NCBI RefSeq assembly: GCF_039541115.1
Contig: NZ_BAABFP010000002.1
Coordinates: 248,001-312,000, forward strand
DNA length: 64,000 nucleotides
From: Angustibacter luteus
Lineage (GTDB): Bacteria; Actinomycetota; Actinomycetes; Actinomycetales; Angustibacteraceae
Direction: 5' to 3'
This document shows positions 1 to 11,603 of this stretch, piece after piece. A program made the position numbers and the translations under genes. Within the stretch, counting starts at the first letter, position 1; every line of letters begins with the position of its first letter. Under the pieces are notes generated by a model. It saw only the letters and a list, made by a program, of their open reading frames with translations, did no database searches and had not been told where the DNA came from.

Positions 1-1
1 C

Positions 2-889
2 GTCCAGCTGCTGCAGGAGACCAACGCGACGCTGTACAAGCGGGCGCCGGGGATCGTGACGATCGCCGAGGAGTCCACCGCCTGGCCGGGCGTGACCCGG
101 CCGACGCACCTGGGTGGCCTGGGCTTCGGCCTGAAGTGGAACATGGGCTGGATGCACGACTCGCTGGAGTACGTGCAGCACGAGTCGATCCACCGCCAGT
201 GGCACCACCACCAGATGACGTTCTCGCTGATGTACGCGTGGAGCGAGAACTTCGTGCTGCCGATCAGCCACGACGAGGTGGTGCACGGCAAGGGGTCGCT
301 GCTGCGCAAGATGCCCGGCGACCGGTGGCAGCAACTGGCGAACGTGCGGGCCTACCTCGCCACCATGTGGGCGCACCCGGGCAAGCAGCTGCTGTTCATG
401 GGCAGCGAGTTCGCCCAGGAGGCCGAGTGGGCGGACGCGCACGGCCTGGACTGGTGGCTGCTGGACCAGCCCGCGCACCGCGGCGTCCACTCGCTGGTCC
501 GGGACATGAACGCCGTGTACCGGGACGTCCCGGCGCTGTGGTCGCAGGACCTGTCCCCCGAGGGGTTCCGCTGGATCGACGCCAACGACGCCGCCGGGAA
601 CGTCTTCTCCTTCCTGCGCTTCGGCGCCTCGCCCGGCGACGACGTCCTGGCCTGCGTGATCAACTTCGCCGGGACGCCGCACCACGGGTACCGGATCGGG
701 CTGCCCTTCGCGGGGCGCTGGCGGGAGGTGCTCAACACCGACTCGGCGGAGTACGGCGGATCGGGGGTGGGCAACCTCGGCGGCGTCGACGCGGACGGCG
801 ACGGCTGGCACGGTCTGCCCGCCTCCGCCGAGGTCAGCATCCCGCCGCTCGGTGCGGTGTGGCTGCTGGGCTCGCCCGCTCAAGCCTGA
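2..889 (+). CDS. glgB: 1,4-alpha-glucan branching enzyme, C-terminal part (truncated by window start)
   Basis: GH13 GlgB motifs [52 protein letters not shown]-x4-YGGSG. Confidence 0.96.
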   Translation, partial: VQLLQETNATLYKRAPGIVTIAEESTAWPGVTRPTHLGGLGFGLKWNMGWMHDSLEYVQHESIHRQWHHHQMTFSLMYAWSENFVLPISHDEVVHGKGSLLRKMPGDRWQQLANVRAYLATMWAHPGKQLLFMGSEFAQEAEWADAHGLDWWLLDQPAHRGVHSLVRDMNAVYRDVPALWSQDLSPEGFRWIDANDAAGNVFSFLRFGASPGDDVLACVINFAGTPHHGYRIGLPFAGRWREVLNTDSAEYGGSGVGNLGGVDADGDGWHGLPASAEVSIPPLGAVWLLGSPAQA

Positions 890-950
890 GCCCGGGGAAG
901 CCGACTCGTAGGGTTGGACGACTGACCGGGCGCCGTGGAGAGGAGCAGCC

Positions 951-2564
951 GTGTCCCCCACCCCTGCTCCCGCGTACGCGGCCGAAGCGGTCCGCGCCCT
1001 GCACGAGCTCGTGCTGCAGCCCGAGGCCCGCTACGAGGAGCTGCTCGCGGTGCCGGCCGACTACGCCCTGCGAGCCCTGGGCGCGGACACCGCGTCGCTG
1101 TCCCGCTGGGAGCGTGACCGCGGGCTGCTCCGCACCCTGGTGAACGTCGGCGCGCGAATCGAGGCGGGCCGCCGCTTCCCGCGCGACGAGGTCTACGAGG
1201 TCGCCACCGACGCCGTGATGAGCCGCGTGCTCACCGGCGTGCCGTGCCGCTACAGCACCGCGTCGCTCGACCTGCACGACCACGCCCGGGCCCTGCTGGC
1301 CGTCAGCGGCAACCAGTCGGCGTTCAGCGTGCCGATCACCGTCGGGGACCGGCTGTGGGGTGAGCTGTGGGTCGGCCGCCGCGACCAGCAGCTCGTTGAG
1401 GACCAGCTGGACGCCGCCGTGAGCGTGGCCGGCGAGGTCGCCACCATGGTGGCGATCGCCGAGCGGATCCAGCGGATGACCCGGATGGCCTTCGAGGACG
1501 CGCTCACCGGCGTCGGCAACCGGCGGGTGCTGGACGAGGCGTTGGCCGAGCTGCTCGCGGACGGCGGCCCCGGAGCCACCGTCGTGCTGTGCGACATCGA
1601 CAACCTGAAGGACCTGAACGACTCCTTGGGTCACCTGGCCGGCGACAGCGCGATCGTGGCGACGGCCGACGCGCTCGCCGCCGGGGCGAGCCAGGTGCCC
1701 GGCTCGGTCACCGCCCGGGTGGGCGGTGACGAGTTCGTGGTGCTGCTCGAGGGCGAGCAGCGGGCCACCGCGATCACCCTGGTCGAGGCCGCGGCCCACG
1801 CGATCAGCACCTCGGAGCACCCGGTCGAGATCAGCTGCGGCATCGCGGTCGCGACCGCCGGGATCGGCGCCCAGACGGCGCTCGAGACCGCCGACGCCGC
1901 CCAGTACGCCGCCAAGACGCGCGGGGCGCTGCTGGTCGTCGCCTCCGACCTGTCGGACGCGGGCAGCGCTGCGGCCGAGCGCCGCCGCGGCCGACGCCGC
2001 ACGCACGACCGCCGGCACCCCGCGCAGGAGCTGACCGCTGGAGTCACCGCGGTCGTCAACGACCTCGCCGAGCTGCTCCTGGACACCCCCGAGAGCGTCG
2101 GCGGCAAGCTGCGCTGGCTCGGCGAGCGGATGCTCGCGCCGCTGGACCTGCAGGAGTGGTCGCTGAGCAAGGTCGACCTGGCCGGGCCGCGACTGCTGAC
2201 CACCGACTCCATGGGCCTGCGCCGGCTGCCGATGAGCTCCACGCAGAGCTACGACCTGCAGGTGGACGCGCAGTTCCGGCTGGACACCTACCCGGCCACC
2301 GCGCACGCCGTCGAGCACGACACCTGGTTCACGATCAGCGCCGAGGACCCGCGGGCCGACCCCGCCGAGCGGGCCGTGCTGCGCGAGATGGCCATGCACC
2401 ACGTGGTCGCGCTGGGCTGCCGGGACGGCGACGACGGCTGGCTGCTCGAGCTGTACTCCAAGTCCGCCGCACTGGACGTGGTCACGGTCGGCAGCCTGCT
2501 GGCACTGGCCGCGTCCGCGCTGCTGCACCGGACCTTCACCCCGCTGGGCGACCTCCCGACCTGA
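951..2564 (+). CDS. GAF-GGDEF diguanylate cyclase with a second, C-terminal GAF-like region
   Basis: [28 protein letters not shown] and intact ARVGGDEF; N- and C-terminal segments share an F-x-[LR]-D-x-Y GAF-like pattern; GGAGAGGAG RBS. Confidence 0.85.
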   Translation: MSPTPAPAYAAEAVRALHELVLQPEARYEELLAVPADYALRALGADTASLSRWERDRGLLRTLVNVGARIEAGRRFPRDEVYEVATDAVMSRVLTGVPCRYSTASLDLHDHARALLAVSGNQSAFSVPITVGDRLWGELWVGRRDQQLVEDQLDAAVSVAGEVATMVAIAERIQRMTRMAFEDALTGVGNRRVLDEALAELLADGGPGATVVLCDIDNLKDLNDSLGHLAGDSAIVATADALAAGASQVPGSVTARVGGDEFVVLLEGEQRATAITLVEAAAHAISTSEHPVEISCGIAVATAGIGAQTALETADAAQYAAKTRGALLVVASDLSDAGSAAAERRRGRRRTHDRRHPAQELTAGVTAVVNDLAELLLDTPESVGGKLRWLGERMLAPLDLQEWSLSKVDLAGPRLLTTDSMGLRRLPMSSTQSYDLQVDAQFRLDTYPATAHAVEHDTWFTISAEDPRADPAERAVLREMAMHHVVALGCRDGDDGWLLELYSKSAALDVVTVGSLLALAASALLHRTFTPLGDLPT

Positions 2565-2607
2565 CGCGCGCGTCGCCATCTGGGGCCGCGTCGGCCAGGA
2601 TGGGTCC

Positions 2608-4257
<1,650 letters not shown>

Positions 4258-4270
4258 CCCCCAATCCCCT

Positions 4271-4319
4271 GGTGATCATGCACGTTCGCCCCCATCCGGG
4301 GCGAACGTGCATGATCACC
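4271..4319. repeat. Family-1 REP-like element, full hairpin (22-bp perfect stem, 5-nt loop)
   Basis: GGTGATCATGCACGTTCGCCCC-CATCC-GGGGCGAACGTGCATGATCACC between convergent pgm and ybbN-like genes. Confidence 0.9.
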
Positions 4320-4347
4320 GCGGGGGGGGCAGGAGAAGAGGAGGGGG

Positions 4348-5337
4348 TCAGTAGAGGGCGGACGAGAGGGCCCGGCGGGCGGCGACGACGCGCGGGTCAC
4401 CCGACCCGACGACCTCGAACAGCTCGACCAGGTGCAGGCGCAAGGCGTTGCGCTCGTCCCCGCTCGTCACCCGGACGGCGTCCACCAGGCGGGCGAAGGC
4501 GTCCTCCACGTGGCCGCCGAGCAGGTCCAGGTCGGCGACCAGGATCTGCGCCTGCGGGTCCTGCGGGGCAGCGGCCGCGGCGGCGCGGGCGGCCGGCAGG
4601 TCGGCACCCTCGGTGCGGCGCAGCAGGTTCACCTGGGACAGACCGGCCTTCGCCTCGTCGTCCGCCGGTGAGGCCAGCAGGGCCTTCTCGTAGGCGGCGG
4701 CCGCCGCGTCCAGGTCGCCGCGCTCGATCGCGTCGTAGGCCTCCTGGTGCAGCGGCGGCAGCGGCTCCAGCTCGTCGGCGGCGGACGGCGCGGCCTGCGC
4801 GTCGTCCTCCGACCCGGGGTCGGCGGCGCCGGTCGGGACGGTGCCGGTCACCCCGTTGGCCTCCGCCACCTTGAGCAGCTCGTCGAGGTACGCCTTGACC
4901 TGCGCCTCGGGCAGCACGCCCTGGAACAGCGGCACCGGCTGACCCTTGATCACGGCGACGACGCTGGGCACGGCCTGCGCCTGGAAGACCTGGGCCAGGC
5001 GGGGGTTCGTGTCGATCTCGACGGTGGCCACGAGGAACCGGCCACCCGACTCGACGGCCAGCCGTTCCAGGACGGGCGTCACCTGCTGGCTCTGCTCGGA
5101 GTAGCTGGCCCACAGGACCACCACGACCGGCACTGACAACGACAGCTCGACCAGCGTCTGGAAGGTCTCCTCCGTCGCCTCGACGAGCACGCCGGACGAC
5201 GAACCGGGGCCCGGGCCACCCGACGCCGCGTTGGCCGCAGCCTGCTCCCGACGCTTGGCCTGGGCCGCCACGGCGGCGAGGTCGACGGCGCCGCGCAGCG
5301 GGATGGACGAGGCCGGGGGGACGGGGGGCTGGCTCAT
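4348..5337 (-). CDS. Thioredoxin-like/TPR co-chaperone (YbbN/CnoX family)
   Basis: N-terminal LRGAVDL motif, thioredoxin fold lacking CxxC (WASYS), C-terminal TPR ending ARRALSSALY. Confidence 0.85.
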   Translation of the reverse strand: MSQPPVPPASSIPLRGAVDLAAVAAQAKRREQAAANAASGGPGPGSSSGVLVEATEETFQTLVELSLSVPVVVVLWASYSEQSQQVTPVLERLAVESGGRFLVATVEIDTNPRLAQVFQAQAVPSVVAVIKGQPVPLFQGVLPEAQVKAYLDELLKVAEANGVTGTVPTGAADPGSEDDAQAAPSAADELEPLPPLHQEAYDAIERGDLDAAAAAYEKALLASPADDEAKAGLSQVNLLRRTEGADLPAARAAAAAAPQDPQAQILVADLDLLGGHVEDAFARLVDAVRVTSGDERNALRLHLVELFEVVGSGDPRVVAARRALSSALY

Positions 5338-5359
5338 GGTGACCGATTCTGTCAGACGG

Positions 5360-6376
5360 CTACCGGCCGACGACGGCCACCGGATCCTCAGTGAACCCGA
5401 GCAGCTGGACTTCGCCCTTGCCCTGGGCGGGGACGTGCAGCACGACCATCTGCACGGTCTTCACCGTGGCGGCCCTGGTGATCTTCTTCATGCCGCCGCC
5501 GAGCGCACGGTAGGCGGGCGGCGGGTTGATCACACCGGCCCCCTTACGCACGGTGAACCGGTCGTACCGGTCGATCGCCGCGATCACGATGGCGCCGCCG
5601 TCGGCGGTGCGGAAGACGCGCATGCCGTCCTTCTCGGGGACGTGCCGCTGCTGGAACACGGCCACTGCCTTGACGCTCTTGGCCTGCGCCGCCGCCTTCG
5701 TCCGGACGGCGGTCACCACGGAGCTGGTGGCGATCGGGGTCTTCTGCGCCTTGCCGGTCTCGAGCAGCTTCGCCAGATCGGCGACCACCGCGGTCGGGGT
5801 GCCGGCCAGCCCGGCGACGTCGGGGGCCAGCACCGATGCGCCCCGGGTGTTCGGCGCGGTCTTCGGCAGCCCGATCCCGGGGAGCAGGTCGACCCGGGAC
5901 GAGACCTGGAACGGCGAGCGGACGTCGGGACTGTCCAGGACGGCGATCTGCTGGACCGTCGCGCCAGCGGGCTTCCACACCGCGACGACGGTGCGCGGGA
6001 AGGCCCGACCAGCCGTCACCACGATGCGGGACGGGTCGATCGTCGGTTGCAAGGCTCCGCCCGAGCTCGCCGTGCCGGGCTGGAGCACCTTCTCGACGAC
6101 GTAGCGCGGCGGCGCGGTCTTCAGCGCGAGGCCGGTGAACGCCGTCCGCGCCGCGTCCTCCGTGCGCAGCGCGTCGGCGCGCTGCGCCTGGCCGAGCGCG
6201 CGCTCGGCGACCGCGGTGGCTTGTTCGGTGGTGATCGCCGGGCGACCGCTGATCACCGCCGTGTTCGCCTGCAGGCCCAGCACCGTCTGCGCGGGGGCGC
6301 AGGCACTGAGCAACGCGGCGGCACCGACGAGGCCCGCGAGGGCCGGACCGGTGCGTCGTGCGGAGAGCAGGTTCAT
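5360..6376 (-). CDS. Putative lipoprotein
   Basis: Start re-assigned to ATG 6376 (ATGA overlap with upstream gene); signal peptide with lipobox LLSAC. Confidence 0.7.
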   Translation of the reverse strand: MNLLSARRTGPALAGLVGAAALLSACAPAQTVLGLQANTAVISGRPAITTEQATAVAERALGQAQRADALRTEDAARTAFTGLALKTAPPRYVVEKVLQPGTASSGGALQPTIDPSRIVVTAGRAFPRTVVAVWKPAGATVQQIAVLDSPDVRSPFQVSSRVDLLPGIGLPKTAPNTRGASVLAPDVAGLAGTPTAVVADLAKLLETGKAQKTPIATSSVVTAVRTKAAAQAKSVKAVAVFQQRHVPEKDGMRVFRTADGGAIVIAAIDRYDRFTVRKGAGVINPPPAYRALGGGMKKITRAATVKTVQMVVLHVPAQGKGEVQLLGFTEDPVAVVGR

Positions 6377-7104
6377 CGTCGACTTCCGTTGGCGGGGGTG
6401 GCGCGTCGGCGGCCGACGTGCTGGTTGGTGCTGGAGCGGCCGCGTCGGCCGGCTGAGGGGGGCGACTGCGGCCTCGTGGCCACGGCCACCGGGATGCGTC
6501 GAGGTCGGGTCGGCGCCCGGAGCCGGCGCCCGAGCAGCAGCAGCCCCAGGCCGGCGAGCAGCAGCGCCACCGGGATCCAGAACCACACGGCGCGGGTCCA
6601 CCCGAGGTGCAGCGTCATAGCGGGCAGGGGCTTACCGTCAGCGCGGGCGATCACCACGGTCTCGGCGCCTGGGCGGGCCCGGTAGGCGATCTCGACGGCA
6701 CCCGTCCCGGTCGCCTGGGACTGCCACACGTCCACGGTGTCGGGCACCGGGAAGGGGTCGTTGCCGTTCCGGTGGACCGTGCTGAGCTGTCGCGCGCCGT
6801 CCAGACCTGAGACGAGCAGCCGGTCCGACGACTCGACCAGGGCGCTCGCGTCGTCCGGGCGAGCTCGGCCGATGAACAGCGGCACCTGCTGGTCGCTCGC
6901 AGCGTCCGCCTCGGCGCGCACGGTGATCCTGGGACCCAGGACGCTGGCCAGGGCCGGCTGCACGACCACCGCCGTCCGCCCCGCGGGCACCTTCAGCTCG
7001 CTGTGCCAGGTGCCGTTCGACCCGAGCAGGATGACGCCCATCACCGAGAGGATGACCAGCACGAGCCCGACGAGGGTGATGGCCCCCGTGATGGCTCGCT
7101 TCAT
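6373..7104 (-). CDS. Hypothetical membrane protein
   Basis: N- and C-terminal hydrophobic helices; GAGGAG RBS; translationally coupled to the lipoprotein gene. Confidence 0.7.
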   Translation of the reverse strand: MKRAITGAITLVGLVLVILSVMGVILLGSNGTWHSELKVPAGRTAVVVQPALASVLGPRITVRAEADAASDQQVPLFIGRARPDDASALVESSDRLLVSGLDGARQLSTVHRNGNDPFPVPDTVDVWQSQATGTGAVEIAYRARPGAETVVIARADGKPLPAMTLHLGWTRAVWFWIPVALLLAGLGLLLLGRRLRAPTRPRRIPVAVATRPQSPPSAGRRGRSSTNQHVGRRRATPANGSRR

Positions 7105-7247
7105 CGACTCGCTGCTCCTCGTGCTCGTTTCAGGGCGGTGTCTACCCGCTGGCGGGCTGCCCGGGCAAGATTCCCAGGGTAACCCGCCCCCGACGGCTGA
7201 TCCGAATCCTGACGGGAATCCTCACAGGTCCTCCCGAACTGGACGGG

Positions 7248-8945
7248 TCAGAACCGGGCGGGCTCGCGGTAGTCGCCCCACAGCTCCTTGAGCACGCCGC
7301 AGATCTCGCCCAGCGTGGCCTCGGCCCGGACGGCGTCCAGCATGGCGGGCAGCATGTTCTCGGTGCCCTTCGCGGCCTCGACCATGGCGGTCAGCCGTGC
7401 GGTGACCAGGGCGTCGTCCCGGTTGGCCTTGCGCTCGGCCAGCACGCGCACCTGCTCCCGCTCGACCTCGTGGCTGACCCGCAGGATCTCCAGCTCGTGG
7501 GTGAGCGAGTCGGTGTGCACGTTGACGCCGACCACCTTCTTGTCGCCCTTCTCCAGCGACACCTGGTACTGGAAGGCGGCCTCGGCGATCTCGGCCATGA
7601 ACCAGCCGTCCTCGATACCGCGCAGGATGCCGCTGGTGATGGTGCCGTCCGACCCCATGTCGCGGACCCGGGCGAAGATCGCCTCGGCCTCCGCCTCGAT
7701 GCTGTCGGTCAGTGCCTCGACGTACCAGCTGCCGCCGAGCGGGTCGGCCACGTTCGTGACGCCGGTCTCGTCCATCAGCACCTGCTGGGTGCGCAGCGCG
7801 ATCTCGGCGGACTCGTCGGTCGGCAGCGCGAGCGTCTCGTCGAGCGCGTTGGTGTGCAGCGAGTTGGTGCCGCCGAGCACCGCCGCGAGCGCCTCGACGG
7901 CGGTGCGCACGACGTTGTTGTAGGGCTGCTGGGCGGTCAGCGAGACCCCCGCGGTCTGGGTGTGGAACCGCAGCCACTGCGCGCGGTCGGTCTTCGCGCC
8001 GTAGGTGTCGCGCAGCCAGCGCGCCCAGATCCGGCGGGCGGCGCGGAACTTGGCGATCTCCTCGAAGAAGTCCACGTGCGCGTCGAAGAAGAAGCTCAGG
8101 CCGGGGGCGAAGCTGTCCACGTCCAGGCCGCGGGAGAGCCCGAGCTCGACGTAGGCGAAGCCGTCGGCGAGCGTGTACGCGAGCTCCTGCGCGGCCGTGG
8201 AGCCGGCCTCGCGGATGTGGTACCCGCTGACGCTGAGTGGCTTGTACGCCGGGATGTTGGCGTCGCAGTACTCCATCAGGTCGCCGATCAGGCGCAGGTG
8301 CGGCTGCGGCTCGAAGAGCCACTCCTTCTGCGCGATGTACTCCTTGAAGATGTCGGTCTGCAGCGTGCCGTCCAGGACACCGAGGTCGACGCCCTGCCGC
8401 TCGGCGGCGACCAGGTACATGCAGAACACCGGGACGGCGGGACCGCTGATGGTCATGGACGTCGTCACGTCGCCGAGCGGGATGCCCGCGAACAGTCGCT
8501 CCATGTCGACGGCGCTGTCGATGGCCACGCCGCAGTGGCCGACCTCGCCCAGGCTCATCGGGTCGTCGGAGTCGCGTCCCATCAGGGTGGGCATGTCGAA
8601 CGCCACGGACAGCCCGCCGCCGCCGCGGCCGAGGATCATCCGGTAGCGCTCGTTGGTCTGCTCGGCGTTGCCGAAGCCGGCGAACTGGCGGATCGTCCAG
8701 GTGCGGCCGCGGTACCCGGTCGGGTAGAGGCCGCGGGTGAACGGGAACTCCCCCGGCCAGCCGATCCGCTCCATCCGCGGGTCGACGGCGCCGTCCGGCG
8801 GGCCGTAGACCGGCGCCACCTCGCTACCGGACAGGGTGCTGAAGTCGGCGTCGCGCACCTTCCCGCTCGCGGTGGCCGCGTCGTACCGCTGCTGCCAGCG
8901 GCGTCGTCCGGCCTCGATCGGGTCGCTGTCCTGGTGGGCGCTCAT
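7248..8945 (-). CDS. icmA: B12-dependent acyl-CoA mutase large subunit, isobutyryl-CoA mutase type
   Basis: [18 protein letters not shown] (Phe where MCM has Tyr), [13 protein letters not shown] (Gln where MCM has Arg); no B12-binding domain. Confidence 0.85.
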   Translation of the reverse strand: MSAHQDSDPIEAGRRRWQQRYDAATASGKVRDADFSTLSGSEVAPVYGPPDGAVDPRMERIGWPGEFPFTRGLYPTGYRGRTWTIRQFAGFGNAEQTNERYRMILGRGGGGLSVAFDMPTLMGRDSDDPMSLGEVGHCGVAIDSAVDMERLFAGIPLGDVTTSMTISGPAVPVFCMYLVAAERQGVDLGVLDGTLQTDIFKEYIAQKEWLFEPQPHLRLIGDLMEYCDANIPAYKPLSVSGYHIREAGSTAAQELAYTLADGFAYVELGLSRGLDVDSFAPGLSFFFDAHVDFFEEIAKFRAARRIWARWLRDTYGAKTDRAQWLRFHTQTAGVSLTAQQPYNNVVRTAVEALAAVLGGTNSLHTNALDETLALPTDESAEIALRTQQVLMDETGVTNVADPLGGSWYVEALTDSIEAEAEAIFARVRDMGSDGTITSGILRGIEDGWFMAEIAEAAFQYQVSLEKGDKKVVGVNVHTDSLTHELEILRVSHEVEREQVRVLAERKANRDDALVTARLTAMVEAAKGTENMLPAMLDAVRAEATLGEICGVLKELWGDYREPARF

Positions 8946-8951
8946 GGGACC

Positions 8952-8973
8952 AATTTACTTGGACGTCCTACTA
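8952..8973 (-). promoter_or_regulatory. icmA leaderless -10 (TAAATT) with adjacent imperfect palindrome, candidate operator
   Basis: Minus strand TAGTAGGACGTCCAAGTAAATT-GGTCCC-ATG; perfect core GGACGTCC. Confidence 0.6.
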
Positions 8974-8990
8974 AAAGCCACCGGCGGCGT

Positions 8991-9022
8991 GGGCGAACGT
9001 GCATGATCACGGCGGGAGGGGG
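8991..9022 (-). repeat. Family-1 element, single arm
   Basis: GGGCGAACGTGCATGATCAC plus G-rich tail, directly after the MarR stop codon. Confidence 0.85.
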
Positions 9023-9529
9023 TTAGTCGGTGAAGTCGGACGCGGCGACACGGACCTTGCGCAGCAGGGTGAACAGCTGCCCGCGCTCGGCGCCGTCCAG
9101 TGCCTCCAGGCCGAAGTCGAGCCCGACCAGGTCGCCGGTCGCGAGCTGGACGACGCGCCGACCCTCGGCAGTGATCCCGGCCAGGGTGCCTCGGCCGTCC
9201 CGCGGGTTCGGCGTCCGCTCGACCAGCCCTGCCTGCTCGAGCCGCTGCACGATGTTCGTCACCGACGTCGGGTGCACCATCAGTCGCTCGCCGATCTTGG
9301 ACAGTGGCAGCTGACCGGTGCGGCTGAACGTCAGCAGCACCAGCGCCTCGTAGCGCGCGAAGGTCAGGCCGTGCGCGCGCAGGGCCTCGTCGTAGCGGGC
9401 GATCAGCAGCTGCTGGACCCGCATGATGGACGTCGCCGCCGCCATCGAGTCGTCCGCGCCCCACCGCTCGCGCCACAGCTGCTGGGCGCGGGCGACGGGG
9501 TCGAAGCGCAGACGCAGCGGCTTGGGCAC
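9023..9529 (-). CDS. MarR family transcriptional regulator
   Basis: LTFARYEALVLL, IGERLMVHPTSVTNIVQRLE, PRDGR, ITAEG; start re-assigned to GTG 9529 (TACGGT 7 nt upstream). Confidence 0.9.
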   Translation of the reverse strand: MPKPLRLRFDPVARAQQLWRERWGADDSMAAATSIMRVQQLLIARYDEALRAHGLTFARYEALVLLTFSRTGQLPLSKIGERLMVHPTSVTNIVQRLEQAGLVERTPNPRDGRGTLAGITAEGRRVVQLATGDLVGLDFGLEALDGAERGQLFTLLRKVRVAASDFTD

Positions 9530-9574
9530 GAACGGAACCGTATCGCCCGACCGGCAGCGGTAGCCTTCGACACC

Positions 9575-9985
9575 GTGAACAAGGGGACGCTGCGCCGCTA
9601 CAAGCTCACCGGCAGCAGCACCCGTCTGCTGCGCGGGCCGGACCAGGACGAGATCCTCGGTCGACTGCTGTCCCTGCCGCGCGGCGACGGCTACCTCGTC
9701 CTGGAGAACCTGGACCACCCGCAGCACTACATCCAGGTGCTGCACGAGTCCAGCGGCCTGTTTCGGTTGGAGGTCCGGGACGGCGGTCCGGAGCGCCACG
9801 TCATGGCGCGAACCCTGTCGGCGGAACGCGTCGCAGACGGCTTCGTCGCCTGGATGTCCGAGCTGGCCCAGGCAACAGGTTCGAGCACCGAGGGCAGTCC
9901 GCGGTGGCGCGAGGACTTCACCTGGCAGGACATCAGCGCCGAGTTCACCGCCGAGCCGACCGACGGTACTGAGCCCGAGGCCTGA
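9575..9985 (+). CDS. Hypothetical protein
   Basis: Globular-looking 136 aa (HYIQV..FRLEVRDG..W); TAGCCT 8 nt before GTG. Confidence 0.6.
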   Translation: MNKGTLRRYKLTGSSTRLLRGPDQDEILGRLLSLPRGDGYLVLENLDHPQHYIQVLHESSGLFRLEVRDGGPERHVMARTLSAERVADGFVAWMSELAQATGSSTEGSPRWREDFTWQDISAEFTAEPTDGTEPEA

Positions 9986-10004
9986 GCGGGGCTGGCGGCC
10001 GACG

Positions 10005-10736
10005 TCAGGCCAGGGCCGCGCCGTCGTCGAGCACCGGCAGCGGCCGGACCCAGTGCGGCACACCGGCGTCCAGGTGCAGCTCACCGTCGCAGGCCGCGGC
10101 CGCCTCCGGGTCGTGGGTGGCCATGACGACGGTCGCACCGGCGATCGCGGCGTCGCGCAGCAGCTGCACGATGCGGGCCCGGTTGACCGCGTCCAGCTCG
10201 CTGGTCGGCTCGTCGGCCAGCAGCACCCGCGGCCCGCTGAGCGCCCCCAGCTGGGCCAGCCCGCGAGCCACCGCGACCCGCTGCTGCTGCCCGCCGGACA
10301 GCTCCTCGATCAGCTGGTGCCCTGAGTGGCCGAGCCCCACCGACTCCAAGGCGGCGGCCGCCGCGACCCGGGCCTGCTCGGACGTGACGCCGGCGGCCAG
10401 CAACGGCACCACGACGTTCTCGCTGGCCGTCAGCACCGTGGCCAGCGCGTTCCCCTGCGGTACCACGACGATCCCGAGCCGCACGGCGCCGTCCCGCTCC
10501 TGCACCGGCTCACCGCCGAACGTGACGGTGCCGGAGTCGGCGGCCCGCAGGCCAGCCAGCGCCCAGAGCAACGTGGTCTTGCCCGCCCCCGACGGTCCGG
10601 TCACGGCCAGCAGCTGCCCCGACCGCACGGCCAGCCCGGCGCCGTCCAGCACCGTCCGCCCGTCGAAGCCGACCGCGAGATCCTCGGCGACCAACGGACC
10701 GCCGACCCCCGGCTCCATCGCCTGTTCGGTGCTCAC
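10005..10736 (-). CDS. ABC transporter ATP-binding protein (LolD/MacB-like)
   Basis: GPSGAGKT, LSGGQQQR, LADEPT, ATHD. Confidence 0.92.
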   Translation of the reverse strand: MSTEQAMEPGVGGPLVAEDLAVGFDGRTVLDGAGLAVRSGQLLAVTGPSGAGKTTLLWALAGLRAADSGTVTFGGEPVQERDGAVRLGIVVVPQGNALATVLTASENVVVPLLAAGVTSEQARVAAAAALESVGLGHSGHQLIEELSGGQQQRVAVARGLAQLGALSGPRVLLADEPTSELDAVNRARIVQLLRDAAIAGATVVMATHDPEAAAACDGELHLDAGVPHWVRPLPVLDDGAALA

Positions 10737-11581
10737 GACTCCCCCTCCGCGCCGTCGTCCAGGATCAACCGCACCGATCCGTCCTCCTCCAGGTGCACCC
10801 GCAGCAGCGAGCCGGGCGGCACGGCCTCCAGGATGTCGGGTGGCAGGGCGATCGAGCCGTCTCGGCCCACGACGGCGAAGTCCTCGCCGCGCCTGCCCTC
10901 GGCCCCGACCCGGCCGTCCCGGATGGTGACCGTCCGGCGCAGCCGCTGCGCCACCTCGGGGTCGTGCGTCACGGCGACCACCGTGGTGCCGATGATCCGG
11001 TTGACGTCCTCGACGGCCGCCAGCACCTCGTCGCGTCCCTCGTGGTCGAGCTGGCTGGTGGGCTCGTCGAGCAGCAGCAGGCCGGGACGCGCCGCCAGCC
11101 CGACGGCGACCGCGAGCCGCTGCCGCTGGCCCGGTGAGAGCTGGTCCAGCGAGGTGCGGGCGTGGTCGGCCAGTCCGACGAGGTCGAGCACCTCGTGCGG
11201 GTCGGGGAGGTCCTGCCGCTTCGCCGCGCGGGCCCCGCGCTGGGCGAACCGGATGTTGTCGACCGGCGAGGCGTAGGGCAGCAGGTTGCGCATCGCGCCC
11301 TGGACGACGATGCCGACGTCCAGGGCCCGCATCCGGGCCAGCCCCTTCTCGTCGAGGCGGGTGAGGTCGTGGTCCCCGACCCGCAGTCGGCCCGCGCTCG
11401 GTTGCAGCAGGCCGGCCAGCAGGTTCAGCAGGGTGGACTTGCCCGAGCCGGACGGTCCGAGCAGACCGACGACCTCGCCCGAGGCGATGTCCAGGTCCAC
11501 CCCGGACAGGGCGACGACGTCGTTGCCCTCCAGCCGGTAGATGTGCACGAGCCCGTGCGCCGACACGTCTAGTCCGGTCAT
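10733..11581 (-). CDS. ABC transporter ATP-binding protein with short C-terminal AbrB-like extension
   Basis: GPSGSGKS, LSPGQRQR, LLDEPT, VTHD; tail VVGRDGSIALPPDIL. Confidence 0.92.
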   Translation of the reverse strand: MTGLDVSAHGLVHIYRLEGNDVVALSGVDLDIASGEVVGLLGPSGSGKSTLLNLLAGLLQPSAGRLRVGDHDLTRLDEKGLARMRALDVGIVVQGAMRNLLPYASPVDNIRFAQRGARAAKRQDLPDPHEVLDLVGLADHARTSLDQLSPGQRQRLAVAVGLAARPGLLLLDEPTSQLDHEGRDEVLAAVEDVNRIIGTTVVAVTHDPEVAQRLRRTVTIRDGRVGAEGRRGEDFAVVGRDGSIALPPDILEAVPPGSLLRVHLEEDGSVRLILDDGAEGES

Positions 11582-11603
11582 CGACCCGCTCCTGTCGTGG
11601 AAG

